Shown: positions 24,416 through 38,581, numbered from the stretch's first letter. The stretch: DNA of 64,000 bases from Eledone cirrhosa (GCA_964016885.1 OZ024740.1:278318001-278382000); one strand, 5' to 3'. The notes: a model not told the origin generated them from the letters alone. Numbers and translations are program-made.

Positions 24416-27352
24416 TTGTTATACTTTGGGAGGGTCATGTTGTTAATAAGAAACACACGCACCAGTTGCTTTCACTTCAATTTATTATAATAAATTTATA
24501 AATTTAGGAATTTATAAATTTCCGGTTGGTTAGGTTGATTCAACAACCAGATGGTTGTTTATATATTGTCAAAGTTCTTTCGTCACACATTCTGTGACCT
24601 CTTCAGTGAGTGGGGATTCTTTTCTTTGTGTTTTGTGCCTCTCCTTTGTTCTGTCCTACGCCATCTTGTTTTTGTGTGTGTGTTGTGTGCTTAGTTTGCG
24701 CATGTGTTACATCCGGGTGTCTGTGTGTGTTTATATTCGTTTATTTATTTGTTTATTTACATGTTACTGGTTGGTTGTTTCTATATGCGTGTGTGTTTTC
24801 ATTTTGTCCTTAATTGTAAGTTGTGATGTTGCTGTTCCACCCATGTTTTCTATTTAATTTTGGTTGTAATTCATTTATGTTTATTGCCTCTGTGATTTGT
24901 CTAAACATTGCGTCTTTTCTGTGTGTAGATTCTATTTTTATTTCTATGTTCTCTAATTTACCCTTATGTTCTATTTTAGCATGTTGGTAGAGTACAGATG
25001 ATTCTTTACTATCTTGAATCTCTCGCCAGTGTTCATTTATCCATTCCCCTATACTACGAGCTGTCTCACCTATGTACACTATATTTTTATCTCTACATTG
25101 TCCTTCAGTACATCTTATGCTATATACTACATTTCTAATTTTACAGTTAATATGGGGGCTTAATTTACAGATTATACATTTCTTATCTATACAGGGAGAT
25201 CTTTGAAAGGGGTATGTCTTGTTAATAAGTGTTTTTATGGAGGTACCTGGTCTTTCTACTATCTTAATATTGAGTTTATGTTTATCTAGGGCCCTTCTAA
25301 ATGTGTAAGCTAATTCACCTCTAGATGTTGTATTGATGAACATTACACGCTGGTAGTTATTGCTATCATACCATGAGTTTATTCTATTAGCCTTATTCCT
25401 AGTTCTTTCCAAAATTTGCTCGTATACAAGGGGCAGGTCCCATTTATGTCATTATTTACCATTTTTTCCCATTTGGTTCTGGCTCCTCTATACACTCTGA
25501 TTTTATCTCTCTGATTGAAACCAGAGAACTGCATACGGTGGATGAAGTGTTGTATGTGTCTCTCTAGTTCTTCGGGATTGCACATGCGGAGCACGTTTCT
25601 CATCACCCGTACCAAATCCGCAATCAGTATGTTGATTTTGGTGTGGTCCGAAACAGCTGAGTTTCGGTGGATCACGTATTTGGAAGTCCTGGGTTTTGCA
25701 TAATGGGAATGGAGGATTTGTTTTTTGTTATTAATGGTATCTAACCAGAGCTCTGTGTCTAGTACAGGTAATCGATGGTTGGGGTGTGTTTGCTTGGGTA
25801 GTCTATGGTAACTCTAATACTCTGGTGAATGGAGTTAGCTATTTGCTGGATGCTTTCCATTGTTTTTCTCTAATTCCTGACTGTTCTCTAGTGTGTGTGT
25901 TTTAACTACGATGTTTATATCATCAACGTAGCGGGAGTACATTATGAAGGTTAAGGGGTCTTCTAATTGTTCTTTAAGTTTAAGTTTAAGTCTACTGTCC
26001 CACCATACCATGAATAGGTTAGCTATGTCGCCTGCAATGCTAACACCAATGGCTGCTCCCTCCTCTTGGGCATATGTTTTTCCATTAAATTTGAACATAT
26101 GTTCCTTAAGGATTAATTTTATGCTGGCCCCCACCGCATGTGCAATCATTTTCTTTAGTTCATCGTGTTTTTCGGGGTCCGTATGGCTCTGGTCCACCCG
26201 TTCCATCTATCTGTGTGGGTTTCTTGGCCATTGCGGTAATGGTAGGTGGTCTGCCTCTTGCTGGTCTTGTAGGGCACAGGTTGCTAAGGTCATATGTGTC
26301 TAGATAATTATTACTATAGGTAAGTTTAAGTAGGAGTCCCAGCTCACTGGTCTCAATCCCACGGAATTCAACATTGCTCTCACTGATCATTTCTACGCAT
26401 TTCTCCACAACAAAATCCACGTCAATAGATGGATACAGGGACACAACATCCATACTACCTATTATGCAGTTTGTTAGGTCCCTAGATCGGTTACTCTCGT
26501 CGATTCTGCTGAGAAGTTCCTCCGTGCTGTCACATACATCTGGGGACATTTTAATGATGGGCATATGATCAGGGAGAGAAAGTAGGACAGTCTGTAGTTA
26601 CTAGCAATGTTAGCTCCACTGACTGACCGTGTTGGTGGTCCCGTGACAGGGTCACTGCTCGTTTTATGGTCTTTTCGAAGCCCATACAACGCTGGCACGA
26701 CATTGTTCCAGGCCTGGAAGTTGTTGGCAGTCCTTTTGTTGGGCTGCATTATATTTGTCCACATCATCATATGGGCATTGAGGGTGTGATGCTCTTATGG
26801 TGTGATGTGGTGTTGCATTGCCTGGATGTAGATTGTCAGACTGTCAACCGACATTCTGCCAGACTTGTCTGTTGGAAAGCATGCTATCTCTCCATTACGC
26901 GAGCGCTGTATGAGCTTACGCAAGCCATTTGTAGATTTTTCTCCCAGGTGCTGGGCCTCCATTCTATTATGCTTCTTGCTATACTGTTCTATAATATTTC
27001 TAAATTTAGATCTAGCTATACTAAATTGTGCTTCTGTTTGTTCATCGACCTGCGACGGCAATTGCGTGCGTTTGTTAAAAGCTAAAGTCGTGGCGTGGAC
27101 TCGTCGCAGGTCGAACGACTTATCGGAGGGATTATAAAAAGTAGAGTTCCAGGCTGCTGTTTTATGTGTACTAGTGCTATTGTTATTGTTAGTTGTGTTG
27201 TTTCTATTTCTATTTCCACCAACAGCCTCATGGTTGTTTCTATGTCTCTCATTATTACTCCTGTCTCTTTCCTCTGGCTCATTGTTATTATCTACTCTAT
27301 TTTGTGTGTCTGTGTGTTCGTCTTGGTTATTTTCTCTGTCCATAGTCTCCCT
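24416..27352 (-). mobile_element. Penelope-like element: RT plus GIY-YIG endonuclease (frameshifted) and 3' pLTR
   Basis: PTDKSG, LYGLRKDHK, SMDVVSLYPSI, QEEGAAIG, YSRYVDDI, and VVYSIRC...YIGETAR...EAININELQPKLN (24810-25412). Confidence 0.93.
24569..24609 (-). ncRNA. Minimal type-I HHR in pLTR
   Basis: Same motif as 17528-17568, in the sense orientation of the element. Confidence 0.75.
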
Positions 27353-27784
27353 TATATATATACCATCTAGTTTCTATGTATATATATATGAATCTATGTA
27401 AAGTTGCACAGTTTATCTATAAAAGATTGTATCGATATCTAAATGTTACACCGACCCAAAATGAACAGACATGTATGATGTTAACAAGTGTACGAAAACT
27501 TATTTCAGTATGTAATTTATATACATATGTTTATATGTATACAAATTGTCTATCTATTGATAAGTATATTCATAACAACAAGTTAAAAATCTCTAAAGAA
27601 ATCATGTAAAAATATATATCTATTAGCAATCATGAAGTATAAGTAAGTTTGTCTCAACATAATCATATATTTAATAATCGTCAAGAAAGCTCAAAAAAAG
27701 GAACGATCGACTTTCGTCAAATGGGACCGAGGGAACAATGTTTCCGTTGGTCTTTCCAATTGCTAATACTATCGGTCGCAACTC

Positions 27785-27912
27785 CAGGTAGAAGGAGCAA
27801 CGTGAAATAAAGTGTCTTGCTCAAGGACATAACGCATCGCCTGGTCCAGGAATCGAACTCACAACCTTACGATTGCGAATCCAATTCTCTAACCACTCAG
27901 CCACACGCCTTC
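27785..27912 (-). mobile_element. Second tRNA-derived SINE family (CORE/V-like body)
   Basis: Minus strand: TGGCTGAGTGG (A box), GAGTTCGATTCC (B box), TGTCCTTGAGCAAGACACTT. Confidence 0.75.
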
Positions 27913-28587
27913 AAAATAGCTCAAAATAAGTACTTAAGAAAGTTCAAAATAGCTCAAAATAAGTACTTAAGAAAGCTCAAAATAAGTAGTTAAATTATAA
28001 TTATCATTGATGCTTATTATATTGAAAATGCACATACATCGATAACAGATGTACGAACGTTCATAATTACAAACGAATTTAATATATAATTATATATTAG
28101 CTAGGAAACAAGAGCATCCACGTATTTATTTCGTGCTTTCTTGTAGTTTATTAGATATATAATTACACTAGTTAAAGTAGCTTATACTTCAATATTATTT
28201 GTAAATCTATAATTATAACTGTATTGTTTAGAGAACTTCTGGTTGCTGGCATGAATATTTTTATCGGTCAATAGTTAATACTTATACTTATGGACGCACA
28301 TATCTTCTTCATATTATATATCAAGATGATGTACCCTTATGAATGTATGGTGTATTATATTGCGCGGATTATACTTTGTATATATGGTTTTCAATCTTCT
28401 TATATATAAGTAGTTGATAGTATCTATGTACATTTCTTATACTTTAGATAACTCTTTTCTGTCATGGCTAACTGACACTTGATAATGCCGTAGTACTAAT
28501 GACTGTAACATATTTTTGCTATTAACCTCTGAATGAAAGTCAAATGGAAAATATTTTTATGCTTTTTATTCCTTTTTTATTCCTTTA

Positions 28588-28805
28588 CGAGGGTGGTATG
28601 AAATATTCATTGGCTGACTATGAACATTAATGCTAGAACTGAAATATTGCAAGCATTTAATTCAACTCTTCTTATTAATAACTGCATTGTTTCTTTCCAA
28701 GGACTATGTTGAAATGTGAAAAATAAACCTCATTTGGTCATTCCATGAGAGTATCTTGGTCAGCCTATGAATTTTTCAAGCTATGAACTTTTCAGCCGAC
28801 CCTCG
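28588..28805. mobile_element. Mariner-like MITE with TA TSD
   Basis: TA|CGAGGGTGGTATGAAATATTCAT ... ATGAACTTTTCAGCCGACCCTCG|TA. Confidence 0.75.
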
Positions 28806-28810
28806 TAATT

Positions 28811-29095
28811 ATTTTTCTATGGACAACTTTTCGCAGATAAATATTTATACTTTTTTCCTAAGTGCTCTTTGAATATACCTTTTAATATAAGTGGTTGTCT
28901 GCGTTTTTACGAAAGTAATTTATTTCTACGACTGTTTAGAATTTAATTTTTTTTTATAGTTTTTTATTGTCTTTTTAATCATTTTTCTATGGATAACTTT
29001 TCACAAATAAATATTTACACTTTTTTCCTAAGTACTCTATGAATGGCTGTCTGCGTTTGTATGAATGTAATTATTTCAACAAGTGTTTAAAATTT
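28811..29095. repeat. Diverged tandem duplication with 170-bp period
   Basis: ATTTTTCTATGGA.AACTTTTC.CA.ATAAATATTTA.ACTTTTTTCCTAAGT at 28811 and 28981. Confidence 0.8.
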
Positions 29096-29534
29096 AGATA
29101 ATATTTTTCTAGAATTAGTTCAGATCTCATGACTGCTAACAATACAGTAAACCAGTAAACTATATATTATTTTATGACCTAACTCCACCTCTTCATACTT
29201 CGCACTTAAACCAAATAACTGTAAACCTGCAAAATTTTGGCAGTTATATTATAAATCCTTCAAGCTTAATACAGTCAATTATATCAATTGATGATTTTTC
29301 TCCTCACTTCGCGAATTTTAGGTAACTGTCAATCAGAGTAAATTATGCCATTTTTATTTAACTTTTCTCCTTCGTCTTTCCTACACCACCCTGATCTTAC
29401 CATAACAAAATTTCTTTTGTTCATGTCACTTTGATGTTGCTTTGGCTTTTTGTTTGTTTATGTTTTCTCTCTCATTTTGTCTTTGCCTTTTCTCTTTATT
29501 TTTTTCTGTTTTGCAATATCTATATATACTAGTC

Positions 29535-29670
29535 TGAGTCGTTAGAACGTCAAATAGAATGCTTTGCTCTCTGCTCCCTGAGCCCTGAGTTCAAATCCCA
29601 CCCGGGTGAATTTTGCCTTTCAATATTTCGAGGTTGATAAACAAAGGACCAGTCTAGTACTGGGATCGTT
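29535..29670 (+). mobile_element. Degenerate Nin-like SINE
   Basis: GAGTTCAAATCCC...TTTGCCTTT...GGTTGATAA. Confidence 0.65.
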
Positions 29671-31520
29671 TCTTTTTCTGCTGTATATCTTTCACACTTC
29701 GTCTTTCTTTCTCTCTTACTCTCTATCCTACACTAGAAACCACCGGGTTTTTTTAAATGTCCCCAAAATGCCGTACGTAACTAGGAAGCCCATGAGGCTC
29801 CCATAGGAGTTATGGATCCATACGTACAATACATATGTTATTCTAAAATCTTTTACTTCATACCTTTGAAAAATACCTATGTATTGAAATACATATGCAA
29901 CTGTAATAGTGTTCTTAATCATTCAATATACACTCTTCAAGTATTGAGTCCTTTCTTTGAGTTGCATTCCTCTATCATGGACTATAAATAAACTAAACAT
30001 ATTTTAGAAGAAATATTACCCAAGTACTCTTTTGTCTTCTGAAATTCAGCAGTACACTTATGAATCACACTGTCATGATTTGATCTTTCTACATGAGTTT
30101 ACACACTGTCCAGATTTACTTTTCATTTGATTATTTTGATGGTGTTGAAATGAACAGTACTGTGGAGAGACATTCATGAATGTTTCAAATATGACTCTAC
30201 ACATCTCCTTAAATAATTATATTTAGATATTTTCTTAAATAAAATAACATCACTACATTACAAACACGCAGAAACTGACTGACACGTCGTCAAACGCTTC
30301 GAAGTATTTAAAGTGTCCGTCCTTTTTCTCAGATAGTAAGTGTACTTTTGAGTAGATTTTAATGCAATTTCTAGCAGATCAAATGAATCCGTATTTGCTC
30401 GTTTTATAAATATCTGAATGTGGCGTGACACAAGAGAACAAGGAATTTGTAGTTGCTTGATGATATTGTGTAATTTAAACAATGATAAGATGTAGCATAT
30501 TTGAACAGCAGTGAGTCATAGTGTGTTATGGGGTGGTACATTATATGTTTAAGTAAGAGTGACATGGAATCAAACAGTATGGGATGGTGGTAAAGGAAAC
30601 CTACAAGCTAATGGAAATCAAAGCTGCCAATACAAACTCTATACGACTTAGACTTGACACAACTGTAAGGAGAAATTAATCAACGTTGTAACTCAGTAAC
30701 ATATGATTAATTCTCTAAATCTCTAACCATAACTTACGTACAGAGTAATTTTATTTCAAGCATAAATGCGAATGAATGAAGTCAATTATCGAACTGACAC
30801 CATGAGTTAATTATTAATCTAACTATGCAAGCTTATGTATATATCTATATATATATATCTGTATGTGTGCGTTATTGTGTGTGTATGTGCGTGCATGTAT
30901 AAACATGCATTGTGTAAATATACGTACTATACGAATTATGCAGAAATATCTTTAAACGTGTTATTAAAAACGTATTTTTCTTAATTAAGCATGTTAATCC
31001 ATTAGATGTTTAAGAATAGCTGTGTAATAGCCAAGTAATGTTATTGTCGATAGAGAATAACGCCACTGTTTAAACTCAATTATATATGGACAATGTGGAT
31101 GAAGTCGTCGAAGGAAAATTATTATGATCTCTACAAAACGAATGATAAAATTGCTTTTATTTCAGCAGGCAATAACACATGTAATAATCACATTAAAAAA
31201 TACCACTGTTGTCTTTAAAATAGGTCTACACTACAAATACTACTGTTGTTTTAAGAATAGGTTAACATTATGTAATGTATCCTTCCATTGGGCGATGAGA
31301 GTGCAGTTTAATAGAGATTTAGCAGTTATTTCATGCATGTCGAGTGACCATATAAATGTTTCCTCGTTGGCAATACTCAACAGAGACGAAAATGAAACGT
31401 ATATCAATGGGCTTAATTATTTAAAATAGAAATTCTCTTTTGCGTGTTTAAATTAGTTTATAGTTATAACTAATGTATTAATTGATAACAAAAGTCAAAT
31501 AATTCAACTGGCCATTATTA

Positions 31521-31712
31521 AGGCGGTGGATTGGCAGTATCGGTAGAAGGTCGGACGCCATGCCTTGCAGCATAGAGTTACGGCCTTTACGGTCTGAGTT
31601 CAAATCACGCCGAAGCTAACTTTGCCTTTCATCCTTACGGGGTCGATAAAATGAAGTACCAGTGATGCACTGAGATAATTGCTGGCTTTGTGACAAAAGT
31701 AGAAACAATTAT
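31521..31712 (+). mobile_element. Nin-like SINE
   Basis: Full head, core and tail. Confidence 0.9.
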
Positions 31713-32984
31713 TAAAAATGAAATTATATACCTTGTAGCTGATGTAACCGCGAAAGGTAATGGTAACAACTTTATTGCTGACATAATAAAACAGCAATGA
31801 TGAATGGAGACACATTTTGGCATTATTAATTCTATTATGTATGCTTTATATTTTGACATTATAACATTTTTAGTTATTCTATTTCGGTTAAAAAAAACAT
31901 AAAAAAATTGAGCCGTACAATTCAATTTATTTGTCTACTTAATAATGCATGTTTTTATTAAACAAACATATTTCTACCTAACAACAGGTTAAAACATATT
32001 TTTTCTACGTGCCCAGAAATAGAGATCGATCTAATTACTTTCAACGTTTACTTGTGCCCCGTGAGAGATCAGTTAATAAATTCATACCCAGTTTGTACAC
32101 TTATGCAAATATACAGAACTGTTTAGTTCTGTCCATGTTTCTATTACTATAAAAAAATAATAAGCTACTATTCCCTATGTAGGTGGAAAGATAAGCTGTT
32201 GATAAACGTTGAAACTAATAACATGAATCTCTTTTTCTGACCACGACGGGATAAACTAGTGATTTTACCACGGGGAACTTAAGATGTGTTTACTAAAGCC
32301 ACAGACTCGTAATTTTAGCTTACATTTCTTCTAATTCAATTAATGAATATATTTACCAACATATCTCTATTACTGAATATTCACGAAACGAAAATTTAAT
32401 ATCTTCTCCACAAACATGAATGTAGAAAGGCGATGAAGTATCCGCAGTATTGATGTTTGGTGATAAAATTTGTAACATTTTGTTTACAATTTAAATCAGA
32501 AATAACCTGCTGTTCTAAGTATCTATTACAACAAAATCCGCTACTGGTGTAGTGCTTTTTTATACAAACTATCTCTCTCTCATTCAAGTTTATGTGATTA
32601 CAGTGATAGAAACGGTTGATATATACATCATATAGATAGTTTCATTTGATCTATTCCTGCTATGTCCTAAGCCATGTTAGTTTTCTCTATATAATCCTTT
32701 ATTTGTTTTCTTCAAAATCCCCTCTAAATGTGTGTGCTAATGTCAGTTTCTGATACGGTTATATTTCCCTTAACTTGGGGTGATTTATATTTCCCTTAAC
32801 TGTACACAATCACAAAGATATATTGTAGAGGTTGGTTGATGAGGATTAATGATGTTTTATCGTTGTTTTTCGTCGTCTATAGTCATTTTATATTTATCCT
32901 GTGCAAAATAAGTTTTACTCTCACGCAACGCAGCTTCTATGTGTAACACAATGGTTGTTATTTCCTTCTGCGATACTTTCCCAT

Positions 32985-33034
<50 letters not shown>

Positions 33035-33707
33035 CCTCTCTCTCTTTCTTTCTTTTCCTTATTTTCTTTCTATTAAGTCGTCAAGTATGAAATGTGTAGA
33101 AATATGTAGAAAACAAACAAATTTCTACAAATTTCATACTTGACGACCCGATATATCTTTCTCGCGTTTTCTTCCTCCCTTATCCGTCTTTCTTTCTCTC
33201 TTTGATATACCCTTAGTTTATCGTCTCACAATGTTCCTTCCTCTATCTTTCATCACTTTCTTTTTGCTATTCTCTCTTCCTTTTCACCTGCTATTTTGCT
33301 CAATTGTATAGTTCTCCTAATATTTTATTCTTTCACCGTTACTTCCTTACAACAGTTTCTTGACCTCCTTTCGTGTTTTGTCTCCTCGGTTGTAAGACCT
33401 TTCCCTGTGTTTATTCTCCTTGCCTACTGGGATATATTTTATTTGGAAGCCATTCCCGCATGCTCATTATGTTATTGTATCCATGTCTTTATTCATTTTC
33501 TGTACGTTTAAGGTTATACCGCTGTTGTACTATCCAACATGCATATTTCAAAGCGGCATTTTTTTCTTATATGCATTACAACCGTAATTGTACGAAATCA
33601 CAAAGATCTATTCTATAATGCGGTTACTGTATGTTATAGATATCTGTTTGTTGTGTGCCGTTCTTCTATTCATTTTCCCTTCTTGTGCTATAGTCATGTA
33701 AAAAAAA

Positions 33708-33767
33708 CACACACACACACAAGTGTGTGTGTGTGTGTTTATGTGTACGTGTGTATATATATGTATG

Positions 33768-33800
<33 letters not shown>

Positions 33801-34033
33801 ATGCATATATATATATATGTGTGTGTGTGTATGCATATATATATGTGTGTGTGTGTGTATGTATATATATATATATATGTGTGTCTATGTATATATGTAT
33901 GTATGTGTATATATATATATGTGTGTGTGTATATATATGTGTGTATGTGTATATGTGTGTGTATATATATATGTATATATATGTATATATATGTATATAT
34001 ATATATTTATATATGTATATATATATATATGTG

Positions 34034-34109
<76 letters not shown>

Positions 34110-34240
34110 TTAAATTATTATATTTCTTCATTGTACTATGTCATTTGCTTTGTCATTTCTGTTTACTTTTTGCATATATATATATATATATATATACATA
34201 TGTGTGTGTATGTGTGTGTGTGCGCGCGTGTGTTTGTGTG
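33708..34240. repeat. Compound (TG)n/(TA)n microsatellite
   Basis: Direct inspection. Confidence 0.95.
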
Positions 34241-34468
34241 TAGGTAATTTACTTCGGTTAACTTTGTAATCTGCTGCTCAAAGACTTCACCTACACACAT
34301 CAAAGCTATATTCTACCTTAACCTTTCGTTTGCCTAAATCCACGGCTATTCAACATAAGTTCAATTTTAATTTTAACATCAAGTTTAATTTTGCTATGAA
34401 CTTCTTTACATTGAATTGTGATACTTATCATATTGATGTATATCTGCGTTTGTGAGGAGAGTTATGTT

Positions 34469-34525
<57 letters not shown>

Positions 34526-34820
34526 GCGCACACACACACGTCTAATCAAAACCACAAGGATCATCGCCCTTTAAAATCCTCTCTAATATAATTCCAAAAT
34601 GGTTGACTAAACAAACACGGTATTTTTCTCCAAAAACAGTTTTCCGTTTCTTATTATTATTTACCTCTATCGTTCTATTTCTTCTTTTTTTTTCTTATTA
34701 TATCTCCTGGTGGTGGACTAGCATTGTTAAGACGTTTTTTTTATATATCAAGCGTTAAACTAATATATATCTTCATTGTACAGTATAATTTTGCTGTATT
34801 GTTTTCCATTTACTTTTCGC

Positions 34821-34928
<108 letters not shown>

Positions 34929-35969
34929 GTGTATCAAGAGGGAATAACTTCATCGGCTTTCGGTGACAAGCAGGGGGTCTAGCAGTCTGGTTACTTTCAA
35001 CTCTAACAAAACTAAGCTTCTTTGCCTTAATCAATAGAGAAACTGCTGCTATTCATATTTCTATGTCTTTTGTTGTCCCTGCTGGGACTTCTAGTTTTCT
35101 TCTTTTAAGTTTAGCGTTTTCTAAATAACTAGAAGGATTATATTAGATCTATAGCTAAATCAACCGCTTTATATGTCTCTAATTTGACCTTCGTGCTGTT
35201 CGTGGCAAGAGATTTGGTGGTACGCATACCAGAATGCTACACTCGGCATACAACATCTTCTGGAGACGTCATCTAACAAATATATCTCTGTATTCATCCC
35301 TGCCTCACATCCCTGATCTTGTGAGGCGTCGTTGTCTGGCCCTTACCGGCCATGTCACTCGCCTTGATGAATCCACTGGAAGATAGTTTCTCTCGATTCC
35401 AGATTCAAAGAGACGAGTTGCTTGCCGCATATCGCCTAAAACTCAATCATCCCAGATGCACACAGACCTCAAAGGAACAGATCTATAGGCTGCAATGTTC
35501 GACCGATTATTTTAGAGCTCGAACTTTCTATGGAATACTGTTGACACACCTCGGTTAATACTATGTCATCCTGATCAAATTCAAAATGAAGTTTCTAACA
35601 TCACTGATTCTATGTAAGCAGCTAAACTTCAACCTCTCTTAACACTCTCAAGTGTCTCGTCTGCCAATTAATTCTCTTGTTTCTATTAATTCATTATTGT
35701 TGCTCCGTCTTGTAAGAATAGTTTCCACTCTAATAGTTTCTTTCCTCGTGGACATCTACTTCTTCTTATTATTTTTCCCTTAGAGATATAATCTTGTTTC
35801 ATTTCACTGTTTGCTGGTGCGTTTCTGACTTTAAGGGCATGCCTCATCAGATTTTCTGAGTTTTTTTCTTTTAATTAAATGATTGGGTGAGACCCTCTCT
35901 ACTACTAAATTAATTGCCGCCTTGTCAGGAGTGACTTCCAGTTAAAAAAAATATGATGATAGTTATATG

Positions 35970-36010
<41 letters not shown>

Positions 36011-36013
<3 letters not shown>

Positions 36014-36216
36014 CAAAAGGGATATTCAATTTGTTGGTAATTCAACAAATATAAATGAAAAACTTGAACCGTTAAGGTATCTCTTCTTGGTAATGTCAAA
36101 ATTTATAAAACAAACTTTATATTTTATCTGATGAAAGTTTTGACACCCTTGAAATATATATATAATAGAATAAATATGGTTTTATAAATATAGTTTCCAT
36201 TTATTAAATATCATTG
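36011..36216. mobile_element. Rearranged pLTR-like relic with a stem-II-deleted HHR
   Basis: First ~40 bp match 15337 onward in the same orientation; the rest matches 15435-15597 inverted; TTTTATCTGATGA...CCCTTGAAATATATATATAATAGAA at 36122-36170. Confidence 0.7.
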
Positions 36217-36315
36217 TATATATATATATATGTATGTATGTATGTATGGGGACTAATGTGCATGCACGTATGGATGAATCCGCATTTATGAGGCATTATA
36301 CATATATATATATTT

Positions 36316-36693
36316 GACAAGTAAGTATGTTTTGAAACAGTGAGCAGGTTTGAAATTAGAAAATAGAATAGCTTTCACCGTACTTTTCAACTAAAGATAT
36401 TTTAGTCAGATAGAACCCTCAGATAGAACCCTCAGATAAATGGAAAAAGATGAGTATTGACGTACATGGGAGTCGAACCCACATCTTTGGTTATCCAGAC
36501 CACTGTGCTACCATTTACACCAACACTTCACCCATCTCCTTCCATTCAAATTAGAAGCTACATTCTTAGCGAGTATAAATGACAAGTAAGTATGTTTTCA
36601 AACAGTGAGCAGGTTTGAAATTAGAAAATAGAATAGTTTTCGCCGTACTTTTCAACTAAAGATATTTTAGTCAGATAATGGGGTTTAGAACCC
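36316..36693 (-). mobile_element. tRNA-headed repeat in partial tandem array (265-bp period, ~1.4 copies)
   Basis: GACAAGTAAGTATGTTTT at 36316 and 36581; tRNA-like segment 36451-36530 followed by a T-run. Confidence 0.8.
36451..36530 (-). pseudogene. tRNA-like Pol III promoter sequence (not a bona fide tRNA gene)
   Basis: TGGTGTAAATGG A-box, TGGT-CTGGATA-ACCA arm, GTGGG-TTCGACT-CCCAT T-arm; acceptor-stem spacing is non-canonical. Confidence 0.7.
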
Positions 36694-36738
36694 TTATTAT
36701 TTCGATTCTACTGTATGAATTTTTTTTTTTTTTTTTTG

Positions 36739-36895
36739 AATTGGCAGAGTCGTTAAGACGTCGAATAGAATGTTTTACGGTATTCGTTCCACCTCATTGA
36801 GCGTTCTTAGTTCAAATCCCACCGGAGTCAACTTTGCCTTTCATCCTTTCAAGGTCGATAAAAAACAGTACCAGTCCAGTGCTGAGATCGATTCT
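36739..36895 (+). mobile_element. Degenerate Nin-like SINE
   Basis: AGTTCAAATCCC and AACTTTGCCTTTCATCCTTTCAAGGTCGATAAA. Confidence 0.75.
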
Positions 36896-37009
36896 TCCTC
36901 TATAGAAAAAATCGGTTGTGTGCAGGCCTGGAGAGGGTTGTGCCCTACACACGTCGTATGGCGCGGTGCATATACGACTCCAAACGGAGTTATGGTATCT
37001 TTATCGTGT

Positions 37010-37061
<52 letters not shown>

Positions 37062-37277
37062 GGTGTGATAGTTTTCTTGAAGCATTGTGGAATATGAAAT
37101 CGAAAAGCCCTTTTATATGTATAGAAAGCCGTGCAATGCATGTGGGTTGAATTGCCAAGGTATTATTCAGTAGGAAATTAAAAGAGAAAGCAAAACAAAG
37201 GAAAGATCGAATGATTGAAAGTTACATTAGCAAAATCTTTTTGATTCTATACAAACAAATGGACATTTCATATATAT

Positions 37278-37348
<71 letters not shown>

Positions 37349-37369
37349 ATATGTACTTATATACACACA

Positions 37370-37570
37370 GTGAATGACCCCTAGCCTTTATCAGGGCATT
37401 CTTCTAGGAGAAGGCAACTCAGGAAACTGGGATAACTCCTACATAAAAAACCTGCGGATGATGTTGATCTTTTCCGATGATGTTGATCTTTTCTTCTTTT
37501 CGGGTTATAGCTACTGTCGCTCAGAGAGTGGGATTGGCTCAGTGCACAGACTTCCCTCACTTTAAAAAAA
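37370..37570 (+). mobile_element. Fragment of RTE-like 5' region
   Basis: CTAGGAGAAGGCAACTC, GATGATGTTGA and GAGAGTGGGATTGG are shared with 57040-57185 and 44190-44350. Confidence 0.7.
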
Positions 37571-37937
37571 ATCAGGCATTCCACGATAGAATTTATTAAT
37601 AATTATTTATAATGGTATATCGTGCAATGGCCATACTCGATAACGAGGGGGCAGCCATCATATACACACACTTATGTATACGTCTTAATACCTAACAGTT
37701 AGAAACTATTGTCGACAGTAACCCTCTCTTGCTCCTGTTGGAATTCGCTAAATGGCGCTAGGTCATCAGCTTCCAAAATTCATAGGTAAAGGCTTTCAAA
37801 TGTTTATTCGTAAATATACCATATATCGTTAGATATACAAAATACACATACTTTTATGTATACAGCTATGTTGGAGCGATGACCTTTATAATATATATGT
37901 GTGTGTGTGTATATAAGTATGTATGTATAGCGATTAT

Positions 37938-38332
37938 GTCAGGTCGCTCTCGAGAGCTACTGATGACATGTAACCCAGTACAACCCAGTACAACCTCAGC
38001 AAAGCTAACGGCCATCCAAATAGTACCTTTTTTTCACCTGGGAGTGAAATGCCCCCAGTTGTTCTCTCAACACCTTTCTAGGAGAGAGAAACTCTCGGAA
38101 GCATCCGATGATGTTGACCAGTTCTCCTTTTTGGGTAGTGTTTTCGATTCTCAGAGAGTGGGATTGGTCGAGCGCAAGGCCTTTCCCCACTTGAAAAAAA
38201 CCTTCTAAGCACAGGCATTGCTTGTTCGGGATATCTTACAGGTTCGTGTCGCTAGCCATAGCCTAAAAGTGCACCAAACTCTATCATCTGATAAGCGATT
38301 GCTGTACTCTTAGCAGAGTTTGCAGCCATCAT
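37938..38332 (+). mobile_element. Bipartite non-autonomous RTE derivative (5' UTR joined to 3' tip)
   Basis: 37938-38284 matches 56793-57271 with a deletion; 38286-38332 matches 61068-61113. Confidence 0.88.
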
Positions 38333-38428
38333 CTATAGATAGAAAGAGGTTTCTTACCACTATATGCATATATAAATATACATATCCGTATATATAAATA
38401 CCACTATATGAATATATAAATATACATA

Positions 38429-38459
<31 letters not shown>

Positions 38460-38488
38460 CTATGTGTGTGTTTGTGTGTATATGTGTG

Positions 38489-38581
<93 letters not shown>

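Noticed and set aside
27913-27992. Short tandem AAAATAGCTCAAAATAAGTACTTAAG repeats
   Set aside because: Ordinary local slippage duplication.
29865-29990. Possible minus-strand host exon with AG/GT boundaries
   Set aside because: Stops in all three frames; a UTR or lncRNA exon cannot be judged from sequence alone.
30258-32587. Short ORFs in unique-looking sequence as host exons
   Set aside because: No recognisable domain or consistent splice structure.
33539-34247. Long ORFs such as [12 protein letters not shown] runs (also at 6333-6816, 53587-54111 and elsewhere)
   Set aside because: Translations of stop-free microsatellites.
34935-35560. Degenerate LINE fragments
   Set aside because: Too decayed to assign a family.
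36368-36400. Hammerhead in the tRNA-headed unit (TTGAAAA...GAAAGCTA, minus strand)
   Set aside because: Stems I and II do not pair convincingly, and the copy near 8060 lacks the core.
36451-36530. Functional tRNA gene
   Set aside because: Non-canonical acceptor spacing and part of a dispersed repeat.
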